Positions 38,033-46,678 of a stretch of DNA of 64,000 nucleotides are shown one piece after another. The position numbers and the translations under genes were made by a program. Location of the stretch: positions 4,223 through 68,222 of the forward strand of contig NZ_JAPZSK010000011.1 of assembly GCF_027531815.1 (NCBI RefSeq), read 5' to 3'. Positions within the stretch are counted from its first letter, which is position 1; every line of letters begins with the position of its first letter. Below the pieces are notes generated by a model that saw only the letters and a program-made list of their open reading frames with translations, was not told the origin of the DNA and did no database searches. This DNA comes from Gemmatimonas sp. Its GTDB lineage: Bacteria > Gemmatimonadota > Gemmatimonadetes > Gemmatimonadales > Gemmatimonadaceae.

Positions 38033-38230
38033 CGTGATCACGGTGAGCACCGAGGTGGTGGAGGGCACGGAGCACCGCGTTCATTCGGACAGCTCCATGA
38101 ATGGGGCGAGAGTGAGCCACGTCACATGGAGTTCGTCCGGTGAACGGAGCGCCTCACGTAAAGGCAGTCCCGCATTCGTTGTGGCAAGTCTCCTCTTTTC
38201 TCCACCACCTCGGTGATCTCCGTGATCACG
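38033..38230. mobile_element. MITE-like element with 31-bp terminal inverted repeats (29/31 identical)
   Basis: cgtgatcacggtgagcaccgaggtggtggag (38033-38063) versus ctccaccacctcggtgatctccgtgatcacg (38200-38230). No transposase, so mobility is unproven. Confidence 0.5.
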
Positions 38231-38240
38231 CAGTGCCCTC

Positions 38241-38270
38241 CGCACCACGCACCACGCACCACGCACCACG
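38241..38270. repeat. Heptamer tandem (CGCACCA)x4
   Basis: cgcacca repeated four times next to the inverted-repeat element. Confidence 0.85.
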
Positions 38271-38315
38271 AGCCAGCGGTCCATGCGCCGTGCCGCTCGC
38301 CCCAGGGCCTCTTGC

Positions 38316-39767
38316 TCAGAAGCGCAGCAGCCGCGCCGGCGTGACCTTGGCCGGGTCGCCCACGTAGGCCCAGCGCACCTTACGCATGTAGGTGCGCGCC
38401 GCACGCTGGATGTCCTCGGGCTTCACGGCGCGCAGCTCCTGCACGAAGCGATTCGCGCGCCGGAAGTCGCCCTGATACAGCTCGGCGCGCGCGAGCATGT
38501 TGGCCTGGTCGGCGTTCGTTTCGTTGTCGAGGAAGTAGGTGACGATGAACTGCTGCACCAGCTGCTCGAGCCCTTCCTGCGTGATGATGCCATCCTGCAG
38601 CGCCTTCACCTGCTGCAGCATGATGGTGAGTACTTCGTCTGGCTGCGTGGTAGTGACGTACAGCCCGCCGAGGGAGAAGGCCCGCTCCACGAACGGCGCG
38701 TTCACCGAATACGACAGGTTGCGACGCTGCCGCACTTCGCCGAAGAGACGCCCCGACAGCACCGCACAGGCAAGACGCAGGGCGGCGTAATCGTTGCTCG
38801 TGGCCTTGGGGCCGTGGAAGTAGCCCTGCAGATAGTTGGTGGGCAGCTGTCGCTTCTCCACCACGTAGCCGCCGGGGAGATCGGCCGGCGGGTCGGGGAG
38901 ACTCCACGCGTACGTGCCACGTGGGAGGCGCCCGATGGTTTCGCGTACGAGCCGCTCCACCTTGCTGCGCGACACGTTGCCCACCACCACCAGCATCATG
39001 CGCGACGTGACCATCTGCGTGACCTGATACTCACGAAGCTGCGCCGCGGTGATGTTCTTGAGCGAGGATTCGGTGCCCGTGGGCTCGAGCGCATACGGAT
39101 GGCCGGAGAACGCCATGCTGTCGGCCAGGAAGTCGAGCAGGGCGTCGGGGCTGTCCTTGCGCTGGCTCACGGCCGTCACGAACTGCTCGCGCACGAACTC
39201 CACGTCGGCCGCTTCGAGGCGCGGGGCCATGATGCGGTCGGCCATGATGGCCCACGTGCTGTCGAAACCCGTGGTGGTGGCACGCAGTCCCACACTCGTG
39301 AAGTCGGCGCCGGCGCCTACGCCGATCGCACTGCCCAGCGCCGCCATCTTGGAGCGCAGCAGATCACGCGGATACTTCTTCGTACCACGCTCGCTCGTTT
39401 CGAGCAGCATCAGTTCAATCCCCTGCGTGGCCGGCGTAAGCTGTCGCGCACCGCCGAGCAGGTAGAGGTTCGCCGCCACGACATTGTTGGCCATGACGCG
39501 CCGCAGGATCACCGGAATGCCGCTCACCTCGAACTTCATGGTGAGCGAATCGTCGCCCATGATGGCTGGCGACGAGGGCGGCTCCACCGGCTTGGCAGCG
39601 GCAGGCCGCGCCACCGGCCGTTTCGCCGGCGCGCGTGTCGCCTGCGCCTCCAGCGCGGTACTCGCCGCCAGCAGGAGGGGAATGCATCCACTCACGACTC
39701 TCGACACACGACCCTCAACCCCGAACGGGCGCCAGCGCCGAGCCGTTTGCGTAGTTGCAGTGCTCAC
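38316..39767 (-). CDS. M16 (pitrilysin/insulinase) family protein, probably the non-catalytic subunit
   Basis: M16 fold motifs (GHPY, SGRLFGEVRQRRNLSYSV); no HxxEH. Confidence 0.85.
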   Translation of the reverse strand: MSTATTQTARRWRPFGVEGRVSRVVSGCIPLLLAASTALEAQATRAPAKRPVARPAAAKPVEPPSSPAIMGDDSLTMKFEVSGIPVILRRVMANNVVAANLYLLGGARQLTPATQGIELMLLETSERGTKKYPRDLLRSKMAALGSAIGVGAGADFTSVGLRATTTGFDSTWAIMADRIMAPRLEAADVEFVREQFVTAVSQRKDSPDALLDFLADSMAFSGHPYALEPTGTESSLKNITAAQLREYQVTQMVTSRMMLVVVGNVSRSKVERLVRETIGRLPRGTYAWSLPDPPADLPGGYVVEKRQLPTNYLQGYFHGPKATSNDYAALRLACAVLSGRLFGEVRQRRNLSYSVNAPFVERAFSLGGLYVTTTQPDEVLTIMLQQVKALQDGIITQEGLEQLVQQFIVTYFLDNETNADQANMLARAELYQGDFRRANRFVQELRAVKPEDIQRAARTYMRKVRWAYVGDPAKVTPARLLRF

Positions 39768-41224
39768 GGCTTCACCCCCGACTTCGCAAACGGCTTCAGC
39801 AACTCCGCTTCGGTCAGTCCGATCGCGCGCCGGGCCTCACCCGACAGCAGCACGTTCGTCACGCGCGGCTTGCCCACGATATACGTGCCGGTGTACCGCA
39901 TGAGATCGGTGATGCGCTGCTGGGCCATGCGATCGGTGTAGCTCATGAAGTAGTCAAGACTGGCCACGCTCCACCAGAAGCCGATCGTGTGGGCGATTTC
40001 GCTGGCCTTCTCGATGCCGAAGGCGCTCGACACGGCCCGCTGCGCCTTCACCGCTTCCAGCTCACGCGACAAGACGTACGTGGGGTCGCTGAAGCGCGCG
40101 ATCTCGCGCTCCAGGGCGGCCATGGCCGCGCGGAACTTGTCGGGGGTGGTCTGCCCGCTGATCGAGATGGGCCCCACCTGGTTGAGCGTGTAGTAGTTCA
40201 CTCCCACCCCCAGCCAGAGTCCGGAGTCCACGAGATTCTTCTGGAAGGTGCTGCCTGGGGTGTTGAGCACATCGCTGAACACGTCGGCGGCGAAGGTGGC
40301 GCCGGGGTCCTTCCCCACACTTGGCCCCTGCCACTGCAGCAGGACGGCCACGGCGTTGATCGGCTCCTCGCTGATCTGGGCCTTGTTGCCGTCGAGCGGC
40401 GGAATGGGGGGAATGGGATCGGCGACGAACGGATCGGCACCACGCGGCCACGCGCCGAACACCTGCTCGGCCAGCGCGAAGATGCGCTCGGGGTCCACAT
40501 CACCGGTGACGATGAGGGCGCAGTTGTTCGGCACGTAGTACTTGCGCTGGATGGTGCGCATCTGCGCCGGCGTGACATTCGCGATGACCGTGCGGTCACC
40601 GATGGTGTTCTTGCGGCTTCCCTGCCCCGGATAGAGCAGCTCGTTGGCCTGCTGCTGGAATCGGAAGCCAGGCTGCGCTTCGTTGCGGTCGTACTCGCCG
40701 AGGACCACTTCCTTCTCCCGCGCCAGCTCATCCTCGCGGAACAGCGGATTGATGAGGGCACTCGCGAGGAAGCGGAGCCCGCCCGCCACCGAGTCGGCCG
40801 GCAGCGTGAGGTAGTAGTTCACCCGTTCTTCCTGCGTGGTGCCGTTGAACACCGCCCCCAGCTCGCCGGCGCGGTCGTTGAACGCCTGCGCGTCGGGCAG
40901 GTCCTTGTTGGCCTTGAAGAACATGTGCTCGTACATGTGCGCGAGCCCCGCATACTCCGGCGGCTGCGTGAAGGCGCCGTTGCGCACATTGATTTCGAGC
41001 GTGGCAATGGGCACCCCGTGATTCTCCACGACGATGACTTCCATGCCATTGGTCAGCACCTTGCGGCGCAGCACCTTCTCCAGCTCGGCCCGGGACTGGG
41101 CGTGCATGGTGGCCGGCGTAGCCGGCAGGGCAGCCCCCGTGGCAAGCGCCAGGGCGGCGCGCAACAACAGCGGACGGAGGCGACGAAGAGACCGAACGCG
41201 CATGGACAGGAGGGAGGAGAGCAC
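39764..41224 (-). CDS. M16 family zinc peptidase, catalytic subunit, secreted
   Basis: GLAHMYEHMFF (HxxEH), FNGTT, EKEVVLGE, RKYYVPNN; signal peptide. Confidence 0.9.
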   Translation of the reverse strand: MLSSLLSMRVRSLRRLRPLLLRAALALATGAALPATPATMHAQSRAELEKVLRRKVLTNGMEVIVVENHGVPIATLEINVRNGAFTQPPEYAGLAHMYEHMFFKANKDLPDAQAFNDRAGELGAVFNGTTQEERVNYYLTLPADSVAGGLRFLASALINPLFREDELAREKEVVLGEYDRNEAQPGFRFQQQANELLYPGQGSRKNTIGDRTVIANVTPAQMRTIQRKYYVPNNCALIVTGDVDPERIFALAEQVFGAWPRGADPFVADPIPPIPPLDGNKAQISEEPINAVAVLLQWQGPSVGKDPGATFAADVFSDVLNTPGSTFQKNLVDSGLWLGVGVNYYTLNQVGPISISGQTTPDKFRAAMAALEREIARFSDPTYVLSRELEAVKAQRAVSSAFGIEKASEIAHTIGFWWSVASLDYFMSYTDRMAQQRITDLMRYTGTYIVGKPRVTNVLLSGEARRAIGLTEAELLKPFAKSGVKP

Positions 41225-41392
41225 GAACCACGGGGCGGCCCCGCAGCGGGGTGGCGAGCACTACCCCACGGGAGATTAACGAGGTCCGCCGGCGGACGGT
41301 TGCTGGCGACAGGAGCCGGTGCCGCCTCGTGCACGTGTGGACACCGATGACTAACTTGGCGTCCGGCCGTCCTGCCGCCCCCCATCCGACCG

Positions 41393-42322
41393 ATGACCGT
41401 CCCTGCCGCCCTGTCGACCCTCGACGCGTCGCGCCTCTGGCCGAACGCGCCGCTTGCGCCGTACACCACCTTCCAGATCGGCGGCCCCGCCGATTGGCTC
41501 TACGACGCCACGTCGGCCGATGATCTCGCCGCCGCCATCACCGCGGCGCGCGAGGCCGACCTGCCCTGGTTCGTTCTGGGGCTGGGCGCCAACGTGCTCA
41601 TTGGCGACCGGGGCTTCCGTGGGTTCGTCATTCGCAATCGCGCCGTGGCGCACCGCATCGGCCCGGACGGGGTGCTGTGGAGCGAAAGCGGAGCCGTGGT
41701 ACAGGACCTCGTGCTCGAAACGGTTCGTGACGGCTGGTCGGGGCTCGAGCACTACATCGGCATTCCCAGCACCGTAGGGGGCGCGCTCTGGCAGAACCTG
41801 CACTTTCTGTCGCCCGCGCCGGAGCGTGAACGCACGATGTTCATCAGCGACGTGTTCCTGGACTGCGAGATCCTGTCGCAGGAAGGGGAGCGTCGGGTGG
41901 TGGACGCGAGCTACATCCAGTTCGGCTATGACGACACGGTGTTCCACCACCGCCGCGACGTGGTGCTGAGCGCCCGCCTGCAACTCACCGCCGGCGATCC
42001 GTTCCGTCTGCACCAGATCCTGCAGGAGAACCTGAGCTGGCGCGGGTCCCGCCATCCCTGGCTGGGCATCCATCCCAGTGCCGGCTCGATCTTCCAGAAG
42101 ATCGACGGCGTGGGTGCCGGTCGGCTCATCGACCAGTGCGGTCTCAAGGGATTCCGCGTGGGCGACGCCCAGATTTCGCACATTCACGCGAACATCATGG
42201 TGAATCTCGGCCACGCCACCGCGGCCGAGGTGCGAGCGCTCATTGCCCACGCACAGCGCGCGGTACAGGACAAGTTCGGGTACGAACTCAAGCCGGAAAT
42301 CGGTTTCATCGGCGAGTTCTGA
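41393..42322 (+). CDS. murB: UDP-N-acetylenolpyruvoylglucosamine reductase
   Basis: YTTFQIGGPA, LGLGANVL, GLEHYIGIPSTVGGAL, SAGSIF, HANIMVN, LKPEI. Confidence 0.93.
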   Translation: MTVPAALSTLDASRLWPNAPLAPYTTFQIGGPADWLYDATSADDLAAAITAAREADLPWFVLGLGANVLIGDRGFRGFVIRNRAVAHRIGPDGVLWSESGAVVQDLVLETVRDGWSGLEHYIGIPSTVGGALWQNLHFLSPAPERERTMFISDVFLDCEILSQEGERRVVDASYIQFGYDDTVFHHRRDVVLSARLQLTAGDPFRLHQILQENLSWRGSRHPWLGIHPSAGSIFQKIDGVGAGRLIDQCGLKGFRVGDAQISHIHANIMVNLGHATAAEVRALIAHAQRAVQDKFGYELKPEIGFIGEF

Positions 42323-42352
42323 CGTTCGTGCGCTGGCCGACGGCGCGGGTGA

Positions 42353-42701
42353 ACGACGCGCGAGGGGACGACGCGCGAGGGGACGACGCGCGAGGGGACG
42401 ACGCGCGAGGGGACGACGCGCGATCGACGACGCGTTGGCGGGGACGCGTTGGCAGGGACGCAGAGGAGCGCAGGCACCCACGCAGGCACCCACGCAGGCA
42501 CCCACGCGGGCGGGGGCGCATCGCAACCACGCCCCCGCGACGGCCGAAGGCTCGTCGCGCCCGTAGTTGCCCCGCGTCCCCACCCGCGTCCGTGCCAGCG
42601 TACGCGCCTGCGTTTCTCCCGCGTCCTCGCAGATGCGTTCCTGCCAACGCGTTGGTGCCAACACGTCCCCGCCAACGCGTCGTCGATCGCGCGTCGTCCC
42701 C
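42353..42701. repeat. Composite intergenic repeat: 15-mer x4.7, 12-mer x3 and a perfect 38-bp inverted repeat
   Basis: (acgacgcgcgagggg) at 42353-42423; (cgcaggcaccca)x3 at 42469-42504; 42409-42446 is the exact reverse complement of 42664-42701. Confidence 0.9.
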
Positions 42702-42814
42702 CCCGCGTCGTTCCACGGCGCCGGGGGCGGCAACCCAACCTTTCCCCCTCGTGTCGAAACGGTTGTCTGCCCTCGCCCGTAGCATGGACAGACCATACCC
42801 TCGACATTCCCGAC

Positions 42815-45800
42815 GTGCCCCATCGTTTCGCGTTCGTCACGTTGCTGCTTACCCTGTTCGCCCTGACGGCGCCGGTGGCGCGCGCCCAGCAGGTCGATGT
42901 CATTCGCGGCCGCATCACCGGCGAAACCAACGAACCGCTCGAGAACGTGTCCATTCTGGTCACCTCGCTCTCGGGCAACGTCAATCGCACCGCTCGCACC
43001 GATCGGACCGGCCGCTTCACCATCACCTTTCCCAATGGCGATGGCGACTACATGGTCACGGTCGCCGCGGTCGGGTACGCCCAGAAGCGTTTCGAGGTGA
43101 GGCGCGCGGCCGATGAAGACGTGCTGCTGGCCGATGCGAAACTCAGCAAGGTCGGCACGGTGCTCGATGCCATGAAAGTCACCGCCGACCGCCAGCGCGT
43201 GTCGCGCGGCGAGCTGTCCCAGGACGTGGGTGGCACGGAGCGGACCATCAGCAACCTCAACGCGCTGCCGCCCGACCAGATGACGGATCTCGCGGCGCTC
43301 GCGGCCACGCTCCCCGGCGTGCAGCTGGTACCCGGACAGGAGGGCGGGGCCAACGGTTTCTCGGTGCTGGGCCTCGGCGCCGACCAGAACAACACGACCC
43401 TCAACGGCATGATGTTCGGCGGTGCCGGACTACCGCGCGACGCCGGCGTGTTCAGCTCGCTCGCCACCTCGCCCTACGATGTGTCGCGCGGTGGCTTCAG
43501 CGGCGGACAGTTCCAGCTGCGCACCCGCAGCGGCACCAACTTCAGCAACCGCGGCCTCAGCTTCGTGGGTGACAACCCGGCGCTGCAATGGACCGACGCC
43601 GCGGCGCGCGCCACGGGGCAGCAGTTCACCAACGCCTCGCTGGGGGGCACCGTGTCGGGTCCGCTCGTCTTCGACAAGGCGTTCTACTCCCTGTCGTATC
43701 AGCTGGGGCGGCGCAGCAACGACCTGCAGACGCTGCTCAACACCTCCAGCGAAGGACTCAAGGCCAGCGGCGTGGCCGCCGACTCGGTGTCGCGGCTGCT
43801 GGGCATTCTCGGCAGAAACCAGGTGCCCATCACCAGCGGCGGCGTTCCCGGCAGTCGCCTCACCGACCAGGGTTCGGTCCTCGCCGCCATCGATGTGGCG
43901 CCCCCATCGAGCGCCAGCGGCGCGGCGTACAATCTCACGGTCAACGCCAACTGGAACCGCCAGAACCCCGCCTTCACCCCGCTGACCACCGCACTCCCCA
44001 ATACTGGCGCGGAACGCGTCAACTGGACCGGCGGGGTGCAGGCCCGGCACAGCGGGTACTTCACCCTGCGGTCAGTGGGGGTGCTCACCGAAACGAGTGC
44101 CGGCCTCAACGCCTCCAACGCCACCGGCGATCCGTATCTCGATCTCCCCGCCGGTCGCGTGCGGGTGAACTCCGCGTTCGCCGATGGCACGAGCGGCGTG
44201 CAGCTGCTCAGCTTTGGCGGCAATCAGTTCCTCAACACCACGCAGCGCACCACCTCGGCCATGGCCATGAACACGCTGTCGTGGTTCAGTGGCAACAACA
44301 AGCACCGGCTCAAGCTGGGCACGGAAGTGCGTCACGAAGGTTCCGCGCAGGACCAGACGATCAACCGGCTCGGTACGTTCACCTACAACTCGCTCGCCGA
44401 TCTGCAGGCGGGGCTGCCGCTGTCGTATACGCGCACGCTGTCGCCGCGGGAACGTGACGCGAGCGTGCTCATTGGCGCGCTGTCGCTGGGCGATTCGTAT
44501 CGTCATTCGCCCACGCTGCAGGTACAGTACGGTGTGCGTGTCGACGCCAATCGTTTTCTCGACACACCGGCGCGCAACCTGGTGCTCGAGGAGCGGCTGG
44601 GGGTGCGCAACGATCGCGTTCCCAATGGCGTGTTCGTGAGCCCGCGCATCGGCTTCTCCTGGCAATACGGCACCGGGCCGCAGATCGGGGCCTTCGAGGG
44701 CGCCTTCCGCGGGCCACGCGCCGTGGTGCGCGGGGGCATTGGCGTCTTTCAGAATTCGCCGCAGCCCACCCTCATCGGGAGCGCGATCGACAACACGGGG
44801 CTGCCGAGTGCCATTCAGCAGCTGGCGTGTGTGGGCGGGGCCGTGCCCACGCCCGACTGGACGGCGTACACCAGCGTCGGCCGTATCCCGAACCGCTGCG
44901 CCGATGGCAGCACGGGATCGGTGTTCGCGGTGGGCGCGCCCAACGTGACACTGTTCGGCGGTGGCTTTGCCCCCTCGCGCAGCGTGCGCTCGAATCTGTC
45001 GTGGAGCGGGCCGGTGTTGTGGAACCGACTCAACGCCAGCCTCGACGCCACCTGGTCGCTCAATACGCAGCAGCAGAGCTTCATCGACCGCAACTTCGCC
45101 GGCACCACGCGCTTCGCGCTCGACAACGAAGGCGGGCGCCCCGTGTTCGTGCAGGCGTCCAGCATTGTCCCGCTCACCGGGGGCATCGCCGCCGGCGACG
45201 GTCGGGTGGTGCCGCAGTATCAGCGTGTCACCGAACAGGTGAGCGACCTGCGGTCGCGTACGGGGCAGCTGAGCCTGCGTCTTTCGCCCATGACCTTCAG
45301 CACCAACTTCGGCTGGAGTGCCAGCTACACCTACGGCAACGTGCGAGAGCAGTTCCGCGGCTTCACCAGCACCGCTGGCGACCCGTTCGCGGTGGACTGG
45401 TCGCGGGCCGGGTTCGACTCGCGGCATCAGATTACCTATACGTTCAACTGGAACGCCTTCGACCTCGTGCGCATCGGCTGGTTCGGGCAGTTCCGGTCGG
45501 GGACGCCCCTCACACCCACCATTGGTGGCGACGTGAACGGCGACGGCTTCGCCAACGACCGCGCCTTCGTCTTCGACCCGGCCACGGCGGGCGATCCGCT
45601 GGTGGCGAGCGGCATGCGCGCGCTGCTGGAGAACGGATCGCGTGTGGCACGGCAGTGTCTCGCCCGGCAGCTCGGCACGCTGGCGGCACGCAACAGCTGC
45701 CAGGGGCCGTGGGTGAGCAGCGCGAATCTCAGCATCGGCTTCAATCCGCTCAAGCTGCGGCTACCGCAGCGCATGAATCTGACGCTCAACGTGGCCAACC

Positions 45801-46561
45801 CCATCGGCGCCGCCGACCTGCTGCTGCACGGGCAGAAGAATCTGCGCGGCTGGGGGCAGCAGCCGTTCCTCGATCAGTCGCTGCTGTACGTGCGCGGCTT
45901 CGATCCGGTCACACGGCGCTACCGGTACGAGGTGAACGAGCGCTTTGCCGCCACCAATCCGCAATTCCAGCAATTCCGCGCCCCCGTTACCGTGACCGCG
46001 CAGCTGCGCTACGACATTGGTCCCACCCGCGAGCGGCAGGTGCTCACGCAGGCGCTCGATCGCGGCCGGCGCACCGAGGGGGTCAAGGTCAACGCGGCCA
46101 CGATCAAGGCGCAGTTCGGCAACGGTGGCGTGCCCAACCCGCTGGCCACGATCCTGCGCGACCAGGATACCCTCAAGTTGAGTGCCGACCAGGCCGATGC
46201 CATCGCCACGATGAACCGCCGGTATCTGGTGCGGCTCGACTCCATCTGGTCGCCCATTGCGACGCAGTTCGCAGCGCTCCCCGACGGCTACGACAAGGAG
46301 CGCATCTATTATCAGTATGTGCGCGCGCGCGAGGCCAGTATCGATATCCTGCGCGGCTATGCGCCGCAGGTGAAGCGGTTGCTCACGCCAGCGCAGCGGC
46401 GCCAGCTGCCGCAATTCATCGCGCTGGCGCTCGACGATCGCTATCTCAAGACCATTCGCTCCGGCACCGCCGGTGGCGGCGGCGCCGGCCTCATGGGCGG
46501 CGGCATGATGATGGCCGGCGGCATGGGCGGCGGCGCGCAGACGATCATCATGCGGCAATAA
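42815..46561 (+). CDS. TonB-dependent-receptor-like / Oar-like outer-membrane protein with N-terminal carboxypeptidase-regulatory-like domain
   Basis: Signal peptide, IRGRITG...RTDRTGRFTI, plug-like LAATLPGV...YDVSRGGFSGG, SPRIGFSWQY barrel strand. Start moved to GTG 42815. Confidence 0.75.
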   Translation: MPHRFAFVTLLLTLFALTAPVARAQQVDVIRGRITGETNEPLENVSILVTSLSGNVNRTARTDRTGRFTITFPNGDGDYMVTVAAVGYAQKRFEVRRAADEDVLLADAKLSKVGTVLDAMKVTADRQRVSRGELSQDVGGTERTISNLNALPPDQMTDLAALAATLPGVQLVPGQEGGANGFSVLGLGADQNNTTLNGMMFGGAGLPRDAGVFSSLATSPYDVSRGGFSGGQFQLRTRSGTNFSNRGLSFVGDNPALQWTDAAARATGQQFTNASLGGTVSGPLVFDKAFYSLSYQLGRRSNDLQTLLNTSSEGLKASGVAADSVSRLLGILGRNQVPITSGGVPGSRLTDQGSVLAAIDVAPPSSASGAAYNLTVNANWNRQNPAFTPLTTALPNTGAERVNWTGGVQARHSGYFTLRSVGVLTETSAGLNASNATGDPYLDLPAGRVRVNSAFADGTSGVQLLSFGGNQFLNTTQRTTSAMAMNTLSWFSGNNKHRLKLGTEVRHEGSAQDQTINRLGTFTYNSLADLQAGLPLSYTRTLSPRERDASVLIGALSLGDSYRHSPTLQVQYGVRVDANRFLDTPARNLVLEERLGVRNDRVPNGVFVSPRIGFSWQYGTGPQIGAFEGAFRGPRAVVRGGIGVFQNSPQPTLIGSAIDNTGLPSAIQQLACVGGAVPTPDWTAYTSVGRIPNRCADGSTGSVFAVGAPNVTLFGGGFAPSRSVRSNLSWSGPVLWNRLNASLDATWSLNTQQQSFIDRNFAGTTRFALDNEGGRPVFVQASSIVPLTGGIAAGDGRVVPQYQRVTEQVSDLRSRTGQLSLRLSPMTFSTNFGWSASYTYGNVREQFRGFTSTAGDPFAVDWSRAGFDSRHQITYTFNWNAFDLVRIGWFGQFRSGTPLTPTIGGDVNGDGFANDRAFVFDPATAGDPLVASGMRALLENGSRVARQCLARQLGTLAARNSCQGPWVSSANLSIGFNPLKLRLPQRMNLTLNVANPIGAADLLLHGQKNLRGWGQQPFLDQSLLYVRGFDPVTRRYRYEVNERFAATNPQFQQFRAPVTVTAQLRYDIGPTRERQVLTQALDRGRRTEGVKVNAATIKAQFGNGGVPNPLATILRDQDTLKLSADQADAIATMNRRYLVRLDSIWSPIATQFAALPDGYDKERIYYQYVRAREASIDILRGYAPQVKRLLTPAQRRQLPQFIALALDDRYLKTIRSGTAGGGGAGLMGGGMMMAGGMGGGAQTIIMRQ

Positions 46562-46575
46562 CCCAACGGCAAAGA

Positions 46576-46666
46576 AGCAGGGGGCGGGTGGCAGGCGGCA
46601 GGCAGCAGGCTCCCGGCTCCCGGCTCCCTGCCCCCTGCTCCCTACCCCCTGCCTCCTGCTTCCTGA
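46576..46666. repeat. Thirteen in-register degenerate heptamers forming an inverted array
   Basis: agcaggg ggcgggt ggcaggc ggcaggc agcaggc tcccggc tcccggc tccctgc cccctgc tccctac cccctgc ctcctgc ttcctga. Confidence 0.85.
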
Positions 46667-46678
46667 ACCAACCCACCG

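Noticed and set aside
42353-42504. 15-mer and 12-mer tandems as a CRISPR array
   Set aside because: No spacers and units too short.
42449-42814. N-terminal 122 aa of the 1370-aa ORF
   Set aside because: Translation of the intergenic repeat (THAG repeats); the real signal peptide begins at GTG 42815.
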